A stretch of DNA of 64,000 nt from assembly GCA_964016885.1 (NCBI GenBank), contig OZ024742.1:120094001-120158000 (forward strand), given 5' to 3'. The notes under the pieces are model-generated. The model was not told the origin of the DNA. It made no database searches and was given only the letters and a program-made list of their open reading frames with translations. This DNA is from Eledone cirrhosa (lineage: Eukaryota). The position numbers were made by a program, and so were the translations under genes. The first letter of the stretch is position 1. Each line of letters opens with the position of its first letter. Of this stretch, positions 1 through 14,153 are shown one piece after another.

Positions 1-699
1 AGTTCTTCCCATGGCAGACACCACTAGCAATATTGGAAAAAAAGGAGTTTGAAGCTGGAGACGAAGTATGCAGTATACAGAGCCGTAGTCGTGACTGCAT
101 TGCTGTATGGATACGAGTCCTGGACTTTCTACCATAGGTATGTCAAGCTATTAGATCAGTTTCACCAGCGCTGCCTCTGCCGTATTTTAAACACAGAATG
201 GTACCACAGGATCTCAAATGTGAAGGTACTTTTGTAAGCCCAGATGCCGAGCATAGATGCACTGCTAACAGTCTCAGTTAAGATGGTCTGGACATCTTGT
301 GCCATACAGGGTAACAGGTACCAAAGCAATTCTATGGTGAACTGACATAGGGTTATCGACCAAGAGGACAGCCTAAGCTTCGCTACAGACACACCCTGAA
401 ACAATCCTTCCCGAAATGTGACATTGATGCAGAACAATGGGAAATTAAGGCCACAAACAGGTGTGAATGGAGGCAAGCTATTCGCAAGGAAACAGAAGCT
501 TATAAAAATGAAAGACAAAGCAGCCAAGTGGAAAAGCATGCAACAATGAAGTCCAGAACCAACACTGTAGAAGGTTCCATTCACTGTCCAGTATGAAGCC
601 GCTTGTGTGCATGAAATTTGGGCTTGAGGTCCCACACGAGGGTACACAAATGAATGAAGTGCTAGACTGGACTTTATCGATTACGATAGTCAACCAACA

Positions 700-700
<1 letters not shown>
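1..700 (+). mobile_element. Degenerate RTE-clade LINE, C-terminal RT/3' fragment
   Basis: ORF 49-237 TKYAVYRAVVVTALLYGYESWT...FHQRCLCRIL is the typical post-RT region of RTE elements; downstream frames are broken; ends at a TA/GA microsatellite. Confidence 0.75.
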
Positions 701-747
<47 letters not shown>

Positions 748-2589
748 TAAAATCCTGACGGCGGCACCAAGCAGTTTTGGTTTGTGTGGTCAGCAAACCT
801 TTTCAAAGGTGTAGTAATATTTGTAGGGTATGGAAAAAATAGGCCACTGGTCTTGGTAGATTATATCTCTTTTACTATATTCATTGAATAGGATAAATAT
901 CTACTAGAGTAAGTTTTTGGTGGATAATGTGGAAATGGCAAAAATGATCTCCACAAATTAGAGAGACTGATAAAGCTTGCAACTTTTTCCTCAATAAGAT
1001 AACAAGTCTATTTAATGTATTGTTCCTTGGTAAATCTGAGAAATAGTCCTGACAGTGAGGTTAAATGGGAGATATACTGTATATACTCTAAGTTGTATTT
1101 TGACCACAGAAATGATCATATGAATCATCTACCATAACTTGCTCTGGAGCTTGAAATTAGCAGCATGTAGTAACACACACACATACACACAAAAATAAAT
1201 AAATGTAACACAGGTTGGTATCAGGACACAGTCTATATAATTATAGACATTGAAAAGAAATTTATGTTGATAATGCCACAAGCATACACAAAAAAACTAG
1301 TTTGATTCTGCTACAAAACAAATGCACCTTGGACAGATTGCTGTCTCATAAATGTATGCACACATACCTTTCACATGTGAGAAACATATGCAGTTCTCTA
1401 ACTGCCAGCTGTAATTCTAAGAGTTGCATTTGTTGTCAGTCAATCAAGAATTGTGATTTAAAAGCACCAGTTAATGTTTGTTCTGGTCATAGATGATATC
1501 TATGATTCTGTGTTTTGACATCAGATGGTACCACCACATTTCCAACAATGTGTTGCATGTGTGCACGCATCAGCCCACAGCTTTCCACCTCATAGCCACA
1601 CTTGAAGCCGAAACATTTTAAAGGTGAAGACATATACAATTGCAGCTTATATAAGCGTATAGAGAGTAAAGTTAAGTGCCATGACTATAGAAATAATGAA
1701 ATGCCTGTGGTGGGTGTGAGATCATGATTTATAAGACATTTCACTCATAACAATAAACATGGAATCCCAATACTTATTTTACCATCACTTGAATATCTTG
1801 CAACAAAACTTTCTTTAAATTCCAATAATAAATATACAAATGCAGAAAAAAAAAATAATACCGTTTAATGATGTACCCTAACCCTACTTTTTACCATAAG
1901 CAATTTAATAAGCCACAGAATATTACAGAAATGGTGAAGAGAAATCAAGTGTGGCAGGATAAACTGAGAGTGCAGATAAAGGAAGCTAAATATTGTCAGT
2001 AATTTCTGAGAACTGTCCTCCATAAAGTAATAACAATAATCATTTTGTTACTACTACTACTACTACTAGTAGTAGTAGTTGTAGTAGTAAATTCATTTTA
2101 TTTATTGCAAAGGTAACATATGACAGGGACATTAAAGAAACAAGTTACAGGTGTGAGGTCTTACAAAAAAATCTGATGAAGGAGAAAAAAAATGAGACAA
2201 AAGAGTATACAGAGTGAGAGTGCCAATGGGTAGGACTCCTACCTAGGGCTAATCAAGGAACCTTATATATATATATCAAGGTTCACCTGCCTACAAAGGA
2301 CAAGTACCCTCTCCTAAATGATATTCCTGATCTACAAGTGCATATTAAGATTAGGTTCGAGCTATGTTTCTCAAGTACGCCCAACTTTTAACAAATTTAC
2401 ATGAGGAGTGCACCTGTCTCCCCTTCCTTCCTTCCTTTCTTCTCGGTGCAGAACTTGGAAGACATTAGTGAGGGAATACATTTCAAACTTTTGTTCACTA
2501 AAATCATATTAACAGGGTTTAAAACTTAAAGAAGCCCCTTGGAAAATTATTTGCATCTCGTATATGAGAGAGAAAGAGAGAGTGATGAT

Positions 2590-2745
2590 AATAATTGTTT
2601 CTACTTTTGGCACTACCCAGTGCATTACTGGTACTTTATTTTATCGACCCCGTAAGGATGAAAGGCAAAGTTAACGTTGGAGGGATTTGAACTCAGTCTG
2701 TAAAGGGACGTAACTATGCTGCAAAGCATAGCGTCCGACCCTCTA
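2590..2745 (-). mobile_element. tRNA-derived SINE (family with GCCTTTCATCCTTACGGGGTCGATAAA core)
   Basis: Reverse complement matches the copy at 53583-53775 (B box GAGTTCAAATCC, Nin/Deu-like core, GAAACAATTATT tail). Confidence 0.85.
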
Positions 2746-2794
2746 ATTATGTGTTTTGTATAAGTATAAAATATTTGATATGATAAAAAAACCC

Positions 2795-2876
2795 ATAAAA
2801 AACAAAACCCATATTGATAGCAAAGAGAACCATATTGATAGCAAAGAAACCCATATTGATAGCAAAGAAACCCATA
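2795..2876. repeat. Short minisatellite, ~22-bp unit, about 3 copies
   Basis: AAACCCATATTGATAGCAAAG repeated. Confidence 0.85.
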
Positions 2877-2897
2877 GTTTAATGTAACATGTCTTAC

Positions 2898-2924
2898 CTT
2901 GAACAAGTTTAGCAATTTTTATAT
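2898..2924 (-). CDS. Candidate 27-nt phase-1 microexon of the GALNT gene (DIKIAKLVQ)
   Basis: Minus strand tatCTAATttgttttctatacatAAG|ATATAAAAATTGCTAAACTTGTTCAAG|GTAAGA; branch-point-like CTAAT, strong donor, frame-preserving and open in the phase left by the upstream exon. Confidence 0.55.
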
Positions 2925-3794
2925 CTTATGTATAGAAAACAAATTAGATAAGCGCATAAAATTAAGAAGAAAAAAACCCTAACAGAAACAACTTTCTACT
3001 TAACGCTAAGGTTTTTAAACGAGTGTGTTGGAACATTACAAGAGAGAAGAAAAGTAATTAGGCATTTCTTTGTCATACTGCTAGTCTAATTATGAAACAG
3101 ATTATATATTAAGATCATGAACAAATTCAAAACAAAGTTCAACAGCAACAACAATAATAACATTAAAAAATTTAACATTTCTTCAAGAAATTTCTAGATT
3201 CTCTTTCAACAGTTAAGACTCAGATTATATAAAAATAATACATGAAGTAATTAAAGACATTGGCATATGTATATCAAAAAAGAAAAGATAAAAAATAACA
3301 AAAAGTACCACAAAGAAAAATCAAAATACATTGATGTTCTTGTTAAAAAACAACAAATAAAAAAAATCTAATCAGGTTCTAACTTGATTAAAAGGATATG
3401 AGAGATTTTGTTTTTCTAAGCTAGTTCTATTTTTTTTAATTGTCAATTTTCTATGGAGAAAATTCAGAACACCTGCTTTAATATTGTAATTAAAATATTT
3501 AATATGATGGGAGAATTTCTTCTGTGCTATATAATTCCCTTTTCTTGGCAACATTTTCTTAAATTTGCATCTATACCAAGAAGTCTATTTAATCCATTCC
3601 CTGAATCGTGTACTTTCTATAACTTTAATTCTCATTACAATTACATTTTTTTATCATAATGAAAAAACAACAAATTAACTGAGAAAATGAAGGGGAAAAA
3701 AATCAGTTGCTTGTTTAGTTTTCACAATCAATTGTTGGAAGGAGTGGCTAATACTATAAATTATCATTTATTGAAATTATTATTAGTGTTATTT

Positions 3795-4010
3795 CTGTGG
3801 TTGCCAGAATTGTTAGTGTTAGACAATATGCCATGTGGTATTTGTCCTGGCTCTTTGTGGTCTCAGTTCAAATTCTGCCATGGTCAACTTTGTCTTTCAT
3901 CCTCGTAGGATCAATAAAATCAAGTACCAGCAAAGGAATGGGGTTGATTTAATCAACTTACACTTCTCTCAAATTGCTGGCCTTGTGTCTAAATCAAAAA
4001 CCATTATTAT
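3795..4010 (+). mobile_element. Diverged copy of the Nin/Deu-core SINE
   Basis: CAGTTCAAATTC B box, CTTTCATCCTCGTAGGATCAATAAAAT core, GCTGGCCTTGTG..AAACCATTATT tail. Confidence 0.75.
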
Positions 4011-4274
4011 CCCAATGAGGGCAGAAGTTAGACATTTTTGGGGGATGGGGGTGTAATTATTATTTCAACAGAAAAGATAAAATATAGGACTAAATAAATG
4101 CCTTATGGTACTTAGATGCATTACTTTAACACCTGTTGATCTTAACGTTACAGTATCAATAAAACCATGAACAGCTAAGTTCTGAACTTGATTGATTTAA
4201 ACTGTATCTTTCCTTTACAAATCTTGTGTTGAGATGTGAAAGTATTAAAGAAATTATCATTATAATAATCATTA

Positions 4275-4450
4275 GTGCAGTGAATTGGCGGAAATGACAT
4301 TAAGTTACATTCTGTTACATTCTTTTGCATTCAGATTTCAAATCCAACTGAAGTCAATTTTGTTATTTATTCTTCTGGGGTTGATAAAATAAATACTGGT
4401 TGATTTAATCAGCTACACTCCTCTGGCTTTATACCAAAGTTAGAAATTCT
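4275..4450 (+). mobile_element. Old degenerate SINE copy, same family (a minus-strand partner lies at ~4735-4870)
   Basis: GATTTCAAATCC..GGGGTTGATAAAATAAATACTGGTTGATTTAATC. Confidence 0.6.
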
Positions 4451-5494
4451 CCTCCACCTTCACCTGTTTCATTATTAGTGCATGTACTCTCCCCTCTCTC
4501 ATTCCATAATTCTAATAACATCTGCCATTTTCTTTCAGGTATTTCTGTACCTACAGTAAAGGCTTGTGAGGTAAAAACCGATAGGGCTCTGCTAAAGACA
4601 CTCAAGGGCCAGGAGGTCGTGGTGTTAAAACAGGCCATTAAAGTCTATCACCCAAGTGATTTGAACTCAGAATGCAAAGAGCTGAACCAAATGCCATAAG
4701 GCATTCTATCTAATGAGACCACCAATTTATAGTGGTACTTCATTAATCAATCCAAGAATGATTGAAATGAAAAGCTGACTTCAGTGGGATTTAAACTGAG
4801 AATACACAGAGCTGGAATAAATACCACAAGACATTTTGTCTGACAGTCTAATACTTTTACAAACAGGTTACTGATACAGAGAGCAAAGGAGATTGTAAAA
4901 ATGTTAGATAATAAAGAAATGCTTTTGTTAGCAGAATTGAAGTGAAAAAGGTTTGTTATCAACACATGCCACAATGCAGCAGCTTTCAATTTAAATAGTT
5001 CTTGGGAAAGGGGGGAGATGTTCAAACTTCTTTCCCCTTAACCATTTTGTTATATTTTGAATGACAATCATTGCCCATGATTTTCAAATAAGTCTTTTAA
5101 GAATTCAGAATTTGGGGGGATCCAGTAAACTAAAGTAAAGAATTCAATTTTTATTATGATGCAGTCATAATGCTGTTTTGTCTTGCTAATGTGGCTTCAT
5201 GTGGTACAGAATGTTAAGAGTTAAACTAGTGTTTGGAGTATAACTGAAAGGTTCTTACAGAAAATTAAAATGGAATGCTTTTAGATAAATAAAAACACTT
5301 TAAAACAAAAGGTTTTGTATTGTAGAAGGGTTAACAACCATAATACCACCAATACCATGTTGGGTCCCATAACTTACTGGGTTATAGGGGCACCACTGAG
5401 AACTCCGGCTTTGGTTAAAATATGGTGCTCTCAACAGAGAGTGTGATTAGATATTTTACTAAAATTAATAGTTTTGGCTTCTCATGTTGCTGCT

Positions 5495-5690
5495 TTGATT
5501 CAAGTCAACCCTGATTAAGCAAGCTAATAACTAAAGACATTCCAATTATGAGCACTCCATTTTTTCAGAGGTACTATGAATTATCTGATGCCTCCTTCTG
5601 TATTTAAAATGGTAGAGTGTGATTTGAGGGTAGTTTGACTGCTATTTCTAGCAGGTTTAGAAACTACATCGAGGCTGCTTTGTTGATTCT
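5495..5690 (+). repeat. Old interspersed repeat, related copies at ~7440-7610 (-) and ~54030-54190 (+)
   Basis: Shared motifs AAAGACATTCCA, GTGTGATTTGA and GCTATTTCTAGCAGGT. Confidence 0.55.
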
Positions 5691-8600
5691 AAATAAGAAA
5701 TGGTTTAAATTTTGCTGGACTTGACTTAATATTTCCGCCTTGTAATAATGGTATGATACATGAGTAGTGATCTCAAAAACATATTCAGTTGTAAAGGAAT
5801 CACCAAAGACTTCACCTTCATGTAATAAACCACTCTAATCCTGTTGATTTACTGCTTCTGTCTCAGGTTGTTGATAACCAGGTGTTAACCTCTCTGAGGG
5901 AGTGGGTATCCCTGAATCAGCTACATACAGGTGTCAGCCAATTCATTCCAGACATGCATCACTGGAACAGACTGCAGAACACATACTGAATGAGTGCTGG
6001 GATCTCTGCCTATCTGAGAGATTAGACCTCACACACCCTAATCCTACTACCAGGAGCCAGTTGGATGTCACATGACTACTGTCTCATAAGAAAGAAGATG
6101 AAGAACCACTCTAATCTATAAATTACAGTTGATCTCAGAACTGCATGTTAACAAAACACTTCACAATTTTAAATTGTTGTCAATTCTTGTTGTTACTACT
6201 TCCAGCAATTTAGCCACCCCTTTGATACCAACTTTATCTGAAACTATTTCAATATGAAACTGTTCATTCTAAAGTGTTCATATAAAATTTAAACCTTCCA
6301 TTATGATTTTATACAAGAATTTGTGAAGTTATCTTTCAAATACCAACATAATCATGAAAGAAATAGTTATATTACTGTTCATCTAACTTCTTGATTTTAA
6401 ACATTAATAGAAAATCACAGGTGACATCTTTTATGAAAAATATAGCAAGAAAAGGGCAAAGATATTCCTATATAGTCAACATTTTTCTCTTTTAATGAAC
6501 TGTTTTTGAACTGCCTTTAAGTTTGCTAGAGCACCCATATGCCTTTTTAAAATCCCAGGCCCCATTAACTATAATATTTCATCCCCTGTGGCTAACAACA
6601 CTCACTTTACTACACCCTAATTAGAAGTATTATTGAGAATGTTAGTTTACATTCCAATCATAACAGATAATGGCACAATTACATTATTATTGGTAATGGT
6701 TAATCTCATTGTTAATTCAAAACCAGATTAAATATTTTAGGTCAATTCATTTATCAGAATTAATGAACTGGAGCTTTCTAAAATCTAATAGATATTTTAT
6801 GTCTAATTAATTCCATGATCAGTAAATCCTCATTATGATGAATAATAGATGAGTCATAATGTATGGTATAGCTGTATGATTTAATGTTCCCTGTTACTGC
6901 CTTTCTCATTAGCCCCTTCCATAGATAATCATGTCCTGTCATCACAGTTGGTAATGCCACCCATTTTAAGAATCCTTTGTCTGTTATACATCCACATGTT
7001 TACCATCATCTAAATACATTTTATTCTATTCACTACACAAGCACTGAGAATTGCCTTCTATTCCTGAATACCAGTATTATATACATGTAGAACAATTATA
7101 ATAGCTACTGTTAAATAGAAGCTTACACAATTCTCATGGAACTCAGCCCTTCACGGCCATGTGTTTAAGAGACATGGAATAAAGGAGCAATAATGGGTGA
7201 ACATAAACCATCAAGGGTGACATCACTCTCAAATGATGAGGATGCCTCTATGCAATCACTGTACCTGCAAGAGATAACAGCCAAACCTTCCTCAATTCCC
7301 TATGCAGTCCTCTATGCACATGCAAGAGATAGCAGCCAAACCTTCTTCAAATCATACCCTAATCTTTTAAAAAAAAGACATTGGATAATGTAGTCTAGAT
7401 ACACTGTGACTGAACAAAAGTTTGGATAGTCAAGGCTGGAGCCAAGCAGCAGCTTAATCTCCTTCAAATCACACCCTATCATCTTAAATAAAGGAAAGGA
7501 TACATTAGATAATGTAATTCTGATACCTCTAAAAAAGCTGTGATCGTCATGGCTGGAATGCCTTTGATCAAAGGTCTGTTCAATTAGGGTTAACCTACAG
7601 CTAAATAACATTATTTTTTATAAATGTATCTACACTAATTGATGAAAATATAAAAAAACTAAATTTCAACAAAGATATTTACAAGCCAGTATACCACTGT
7701 GTATTCCAGTTTTTAAAATAAACACATTATGTCTGTGCATGCCATAAGAACTGACTAAAACGGTTGATGACAGGAAGGGCACCCATCTGTAAATCACTGC
7801 CTCAGAAAACCTAGTCATGCAAGCAGGACAAAAAAGGGACATAAAATTATGATGAGGATAATATTTATAAACCAGATTACAAAATGCACAGTTCAGTTTA
7901 CTTTTTACAAAAAAATTTCCTTCATATATATTTCTTCCTAATAATACTAATTAATTAGCTAGTTTGTTAAACATTTAAATTGGATAGCAGTATCCTAGTT
8001 ACAGAAGAGTTTCTAAACTAGCTCTCAATTTCTAAATTGCTTTTGTGTCACTTTGAAATATAACTTCATAAAAGAATTTTCAATAACTAGATATTATACT
8101 TTTGATAACACTATAACTAAGTTTAATTTTTGTCTAAATAACTCTTGAAGCATCATCATCATCATCATCATCATCATCATATTTGTATTAGTATTTCCTT
8201 TTAGTGGTGACAAAAACTAAACATACTTTTAAGGGCAACTGTGCATGTCTATGTGATATGTCCTTATTTTGATGATCATTTTTTTCATTATACAGTGAGG
8301 ATGAGCATTGCCTATTAAATTTGTTGGATTGCTTAATGGCTTGGCATTTTCCTTATTTTTTTAAACTCCATATTCTCTTCGTTAATCCTAATGATCCTAT
8401 TACTAAGCATTCTCATTGATATTCATGAATTAACTATTGAGCATTCCATAGATGCTTCTACTCTAAATGTTAATATTCAGGCAGAATCAACATAGCTGTG
8501 TGACCAAGACTGAATCTCAAATCACAAATATACACCACCCAATGGGCTTCTGTACAGGTTCCAACTTCCCAATTTCATTCACAAAGCTCGGTTCAACCTA

Positions 8601-9094
8601 AACTTATGAGAGATAACACTTGACCATGAAAATGAAGTTGGAACCTCGTAACTGTTCAACAAACTTAACAATACAGCCATATATCTATAACTATAGGAAC
8701 TGTAGTTATATCTATGTCACATATCCTTGCAAGTTTTATACTTGGAAAACTTTTCAGTCTTTTATTATTTTTGTTCCTATTACCCCCAACCCATCCAAAG
8801 TGAATCCAACAGTGATTCATTTCCATATATCAAAATTTCAAAAGAACCAATTAATTCCATGTCACCATAATTTATTCAAGCATATTTGACTTATTAAACA
8901 CAAGGATATAATAAAAGGAGACAGAAAAAAAATTACAATACAATTTCAAAAATAAAAATAGAGAAAAAAACAATAATAATGATGCACCAATACAATCCAT
9001 ACTTTACATATGGATGTATTAAAATACATGAAAAACATTTTCCAAGCATTTTACTTATTTCTTTTAGTGCCAGTATAAATGAATTTTGGCTTAC

Positions 9095-9121
9095 CTCTTC
9101 TTAACTTACGTTCAGTCTTAT
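9095..9121 (-). CDS. Candidate 27-nt phase-1 microexon (DKTERKLRR) with an internal alternative donor giving 12 nt (DKTE)
   Basis: ttttttcttggtcatAAG|ATAAGACTGAAC/GTAAGTTAAGAAGAG|GTAAGC; both donors are near-consensus and both lengths are multiples of 3. Confidence 0.55.
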
Positions 9122-9991
9122 CTTATGACCAAGAAAAAAATAATATCAAATTAAACAATAAAATAAATTGTGCAACAAAATAAAAACCCACAAAAAAAAA
9201 AAAATACAGCAGTAAATATATGGGAAAAACATCATATGGTGAGAATACACACACATACACACACCTATAGATTAACAATACCATTTTTTTTTTCATTTGT
9301 TATATAAAGCAATGTTATACAAATAGATTTGCTGACATGCATTCACAGAGAGAAAACAGTGGTATAAAGTAATATAGGAGGGGTGGATGGGGTGATCCAG
9401 CTGAACAACATAAAGCTGAAAATCAATAACTCTCATGGAAAGAGGTAAATAAATGTCTTTGAATTGGTGAACAACCATATTTTAGAACTGTTCCATCTAG
9501 CTATGGTTACATTCTTACTAAATATAAAAAGCTGTATTCTCAATAGGAAATTTTTATATTTACCTATTCGTATTTGTGTATTTATATATAAGAACATTCT
9601 CTCTCTCTCTCTCTCTCTCTCCCTCATTCATTTGTATATTTACTGACTCTGCTAAAAGACAGCAAGAAAAAAATTGTTTCTCCTCATATATATATATATT
9701 GCACACAGGTTAGGACTGTTGGCTACCTCACTTAACATTCAATACAAAGTTGTTTCAAATCCAATGTTACTACCCAGAATGTTTTATCATTGAAGGTTAA
9801 GAAAGAATAAGGTGTGCATGCATATATTTTAACTAGAGACTATAAACAGACAATAGAAATGCCTACAATGTGCATCTAAGTCTAATTGGATGGATAAAAG
9901 AACAAACTAGAAAGGAAGAGGTGTGTGCCGGGTGGGGGGTGGGGGGGGGGGGGGGCTTGGTCAATGTGACAAACTAACAATTAACAAATGT

Positions 9992-10053
<62 letters not shown>

Positions 10054-10939
10054 ATGTATATATATATATATATATATAATCATCATGGTCTTGGTTTTGA
10101 TTAGAATAATTAATAGCAACGATAAGAGGCAATGATATTTCACATGGAACTATGAAATATGTATTTTCACATCAATATATAAAAAATGTTTGAAAAAAAA
10201 AAAATAAAGAAACAAGCCAAAAAAAAAAAAAAGTAGGAAGAAAAACTTTGATTCATGAAATTTTAGAGGGCATAGATTAATTTCCAGCAGTACACATGAA
10301 ATAAAGTTTCCTTTGAAGGTATACCAAGATTTTAATAAAGTTGTGTATCACATCAGAAAACACCAAATACCAGACTACTATTATCACTACACATTAAAAG
10401 TAACTATAGAAACTGCAGAGATTAATTGCAAGCACAGCCTGTAGCCTAAAACGCAAGTTAGTATCAATACCATACATGACGAAAAAGAAAGAAATCATTT
10501 TTTTTTAAAAATGTTTTATTCTATTTCACACAGTCAACCCAGGCAGTGGGTCCCATCACCTACTAAATGATCTATTTAAACTGAAATTATTAATGCTTAT
10601 TAATGTTTTAAAATATTATTATTAGTGTATTTATTGTTGCTGCTTTTTTTAATATCATAAAAACATCTAAGTCCATTCATTCCCCAATAAAGAAGAAATC
10701 TACTGTGAAAATAGATGCAAGAAAAAAAAAAAAAAAAAAAAAACTAAGATGAAAGGGCAAGCAAAACACAAAAAAAAAAAACAAAAAAAAAAAAAAAAAC
10801 TGAGAAGCAAGATGTAAAACATCTAACAGGGGATGCAACAATTGTATTGATAATATTGATTTCTTCCTGAGGTATATGCTAAAATTTGAAAAAGGAAGTG
10901 AATATAATATATGTTTCTTTATAATATAGTTAACTGAAC

Positions 10940-11050
10940 TGATCCCAGTACTATTTTATTGACCCTAGCAAGATGAAAAGCAAAGCTGATTTCAACAGAA
11001 TTTGAACTCAGAATGGGGAGTCATGCTGATAATATTAACACTCCACCCTT
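10940..11050 (-). mobile_element. Degenerate Nin/Deu-core SINE (another at ~11530-11655, minus)
   Basis: TTTTATTGACCC..GATGAAAAGCAAAG..TTTGAACTCAG. Confidence 0.6.
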
Positions 11051-13230
11051 AGTTATAGTAGTATTCTAAACACAGAATGCCAACTTATTTAGATTGTGTT
11101 GTAACAAACGGCCTTCAGTCAAATCTGACATTTGAAACTTTACAGAATCTTGGATTTAATAAGCAGAGATAAACAAATTTTTTTTTTTTAAATTATCATT
11201 GCTGAGTGAACATTGTTCAACAGGTTATGTTCCAAGAAAGATGAGTCATAACCATTTAATATCTAGAGATAGAGCTGCTTCATGCTATGTCAATAATCCT
11301 CTTGGGGTAAAAGGCATAAAAGTAACAACTCACTCAACTATTCTGACAGCAATGAATACAGGAGAGGAAAGGAACCAATCATTAGATTGGATCAAAGAAC
11401 CTATGTTTCCATTGGTCTTTTAATAACCTATAGTCTCTAGCAGAAGCACCAGTGTTCAAAAAGTACAAAGCCGATATAGATACAGCAAAGCATCCTCTCC
11501 CACTCTTTAACAATTCTGTCAATCTCCATCCACTGTATTTGTTGACCACAAAAGGATGAAAGTCAATGTTGATACCAGCAGGATTTGAACTCAGAGAGCC
11601 AGAACAAAAACCCAGGCATTTAATCCAATGCTCTAATGACTCAGCCAATTTGCCCAAATATGGATATTATTGATTATATATATATATATATATATAGACG
11701 GTGATGATGATGATAGATACATTAATTATAGAAAACTAACTTGCAAGCAGGGAAAAAGCAGACGTAAAATGAAATGAAAAATGAATGATAACAGTACTAA
11801 AGGACAACAAAAATCTTTAGAATTCAAATTTCTAGTTGAATAAAAAAGACATTTGGGAGAGAGAGAGAAGTGAAGAGGAAGAAAGGAAGGGAGAGAGATA
11901 GAGAAAAATAAAGGGGTGAGAGTGGGGAAACAAGAAAAAAGAGAGACAAGGAGAGGGAGAGCAAGAAAAAATAATTACACGTTTTTAAGTATGATTTTGT
12001 GTGTGTATGTATGTGCACACAAGTATGATACATGTGTATATGTATGTATATATATATAAATAAATACCACAACACTGAAGCAAACAGAAAAGCAGACCTC
12101 ACACATACACATACATAGATATATAATATGCACACACATAACAGAAGTCAACTCAGTAATGAGTATGACTATTGCTCTTTACTAAGCTGCAAAATAAAGA
12201 TGACTTGCAGCTTCTACTATAGTTATTACATAAATTTCTCTTTTTGGTTAAATGTAATACAGAATCATGAAAATTTGCAAAGAGTGCAGGCATATATCAC
12301 TTCAGACTAGCCACAGAATGTCAATGTCTGTTACATGATTGGCAAACATATGTTCTGTCAGGTGGTGGTGATTTATTATTAGCTTCTTTTGCTTAATATA
12401 ACCAAGAGTGGCTTACATAACCACCTTTATTTAAAAGGACACATTCTGACACAAGGTGAACACTTGAAGGGATTATTTATATCTATGGAACTTCATTCTT
12501 TGCATCTTGTGTGTTCATTGAGATTTTCTTCCTTGGATGCAGTGAGTACATTCTTTTTATCCACCAAACTTTCCACATGGATATTACTTTTTTTTTAGAT
12601 CAGATTTAAAGCAGTCTTTGTATTTTAACTTCAGTTTGTGAAGAAGATATCTTTGAAATTCTTTCAACTTCCATATAAACTATATGGCCTATCCACATCT
12701 CTCTCTCTCTCCTGTCATTCAAGAAAGCTCCTAGGATCACTCCAAAGTCTCGCCATCACTCACAAGTAAAATTTGTTGAAGACACATTTAAAAAAAAAAT
12801 GCACCAACTTTTTAACATCTTCAGTTAATGTCACAGTATATAGTATGAGTATTTTATCATGGTACCAAACAGGTTGGCATGACCAAATGATGCTCATGGC
12901 CCTATGTAATTCCAGTTTGTTTTCAAACCATTTTAATAAGTGTAGTGGTTATTTTCTATTATGACACAAGAGCTAGTGAGGTTGTCTTGTACCCTGGAAA
13001 AACTAAACAGCACTCACTATTTCATATGGTATTCTTTCATTCAATACATTTTGACTAGAAGAGTGAACAAAAAAGAGAGAAATGACAAAAAGGGATTCAA
13101 AGCACAGAGAGAAAGAATGGAAATAACAGTGATTGGGGTGAGGGGTTAGCAGAGTAGGGAGGAATGGAAGAGAGACAGACAGTAATGCAGCTACATACTA
13201 GCTAGGGAGTGACATATATATATATATATA

Positions 13231-13406
13231 ACCAAAGAAGGTGTGGTAACAAGCTAGGTGGACTATAACGCACCAGAGTACTCGATACTTAGGGTAGTAG
13301 AGGGGGTAATAGGAAAAGAGTCAGGACCTCGACAGCTGAGCTCCGGCCGTTTCGACAGCTAGATCCGAACATTCGGAGCTCAGCAGTTGGGGTCCTGACT
13401 CTTTTC
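13231..13406 (-). mobile_element. Fold-back mini-element family A, diverged copy (Penelope-like 3' end)
   Basis: TA-flanked; inverted arms GAAAAGAGTCAGGACC..CTCCG / CGGAG..GGTCCTGACTCTTTTC; ~80-nt tail homologous to copies at 14727 and 25616. Confidence 0.8.
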
Positions 13407-13520
13407 ATATATATATATATATATATATACACATACATATATGAGAGAAATACCAAGTGATGGATGAATGATGGGTAGTCACAGAAATAGGCAACAATGA
13501 GTGATCTATGAAAAAGAGAG

Positions 13521-13940
13521 ATGGCTAGCAGTATAAGCTAGTGATGGTAAGGTGTATCAAATATGAACAGATCTGATGCAATGGCACATTATATAGAGGT
13601 TGTGATGGCTAGTAGTATAAGCTAGTGATGGTAGAGTGTATCAGATATGGATAGATCTGATGCAATGGCACATTATATAGATGTTGTGATGGCTAGTAGT
13701 ATAAGCTAGTGATGGTAGAGTGTATCAGATATGAACAGATCTGATGCAATGGCACATAATATAGATGTTGTGATGGCTAGTAGTATAAGCTAGTGATGGT
13801 AGAGTGTATCAGATATGGATAGATCTGATGCAATGGCACATTATATAGATGTTGTGATGGCTAGCAGTATAAGCTAGTGATGGTAGAGTGTATCAGATAT
13901 GGATAGATCTGATGTAACACTCCATTACATAGAAATTGTG
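13521..13940. repeat. 84-bp minisatellite, about 5 copies
   Basis: GGCTAG units start at 13523, 13607, 13691, 13775 and 13859. Confidence 0.95.
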
Positions 13941-14116
13941 TTGAGAATGAGGTAGAGTAATATTGGCTGTGGTAGGGGGATATTCTTATATAGACAATTT
14001 GGCAAGGTGAATAGGGGAGAGAGAGAGAGTGTTAGATAAGATGGTGTCAAAAATGAGGGTGGTATGCTGGAGGGAAATAAATGTAGACAACAAGAATATA
14101 ATGGTTGAGAGACCCA

Positions 14117-14153
<37 letters not shown>

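Noticed and set aside
10560-10571. 12-nt candidate microexon ATCATTTAGTAG
   Set aside because: Weak donor (GTGATG) and poor pyrimidine tract
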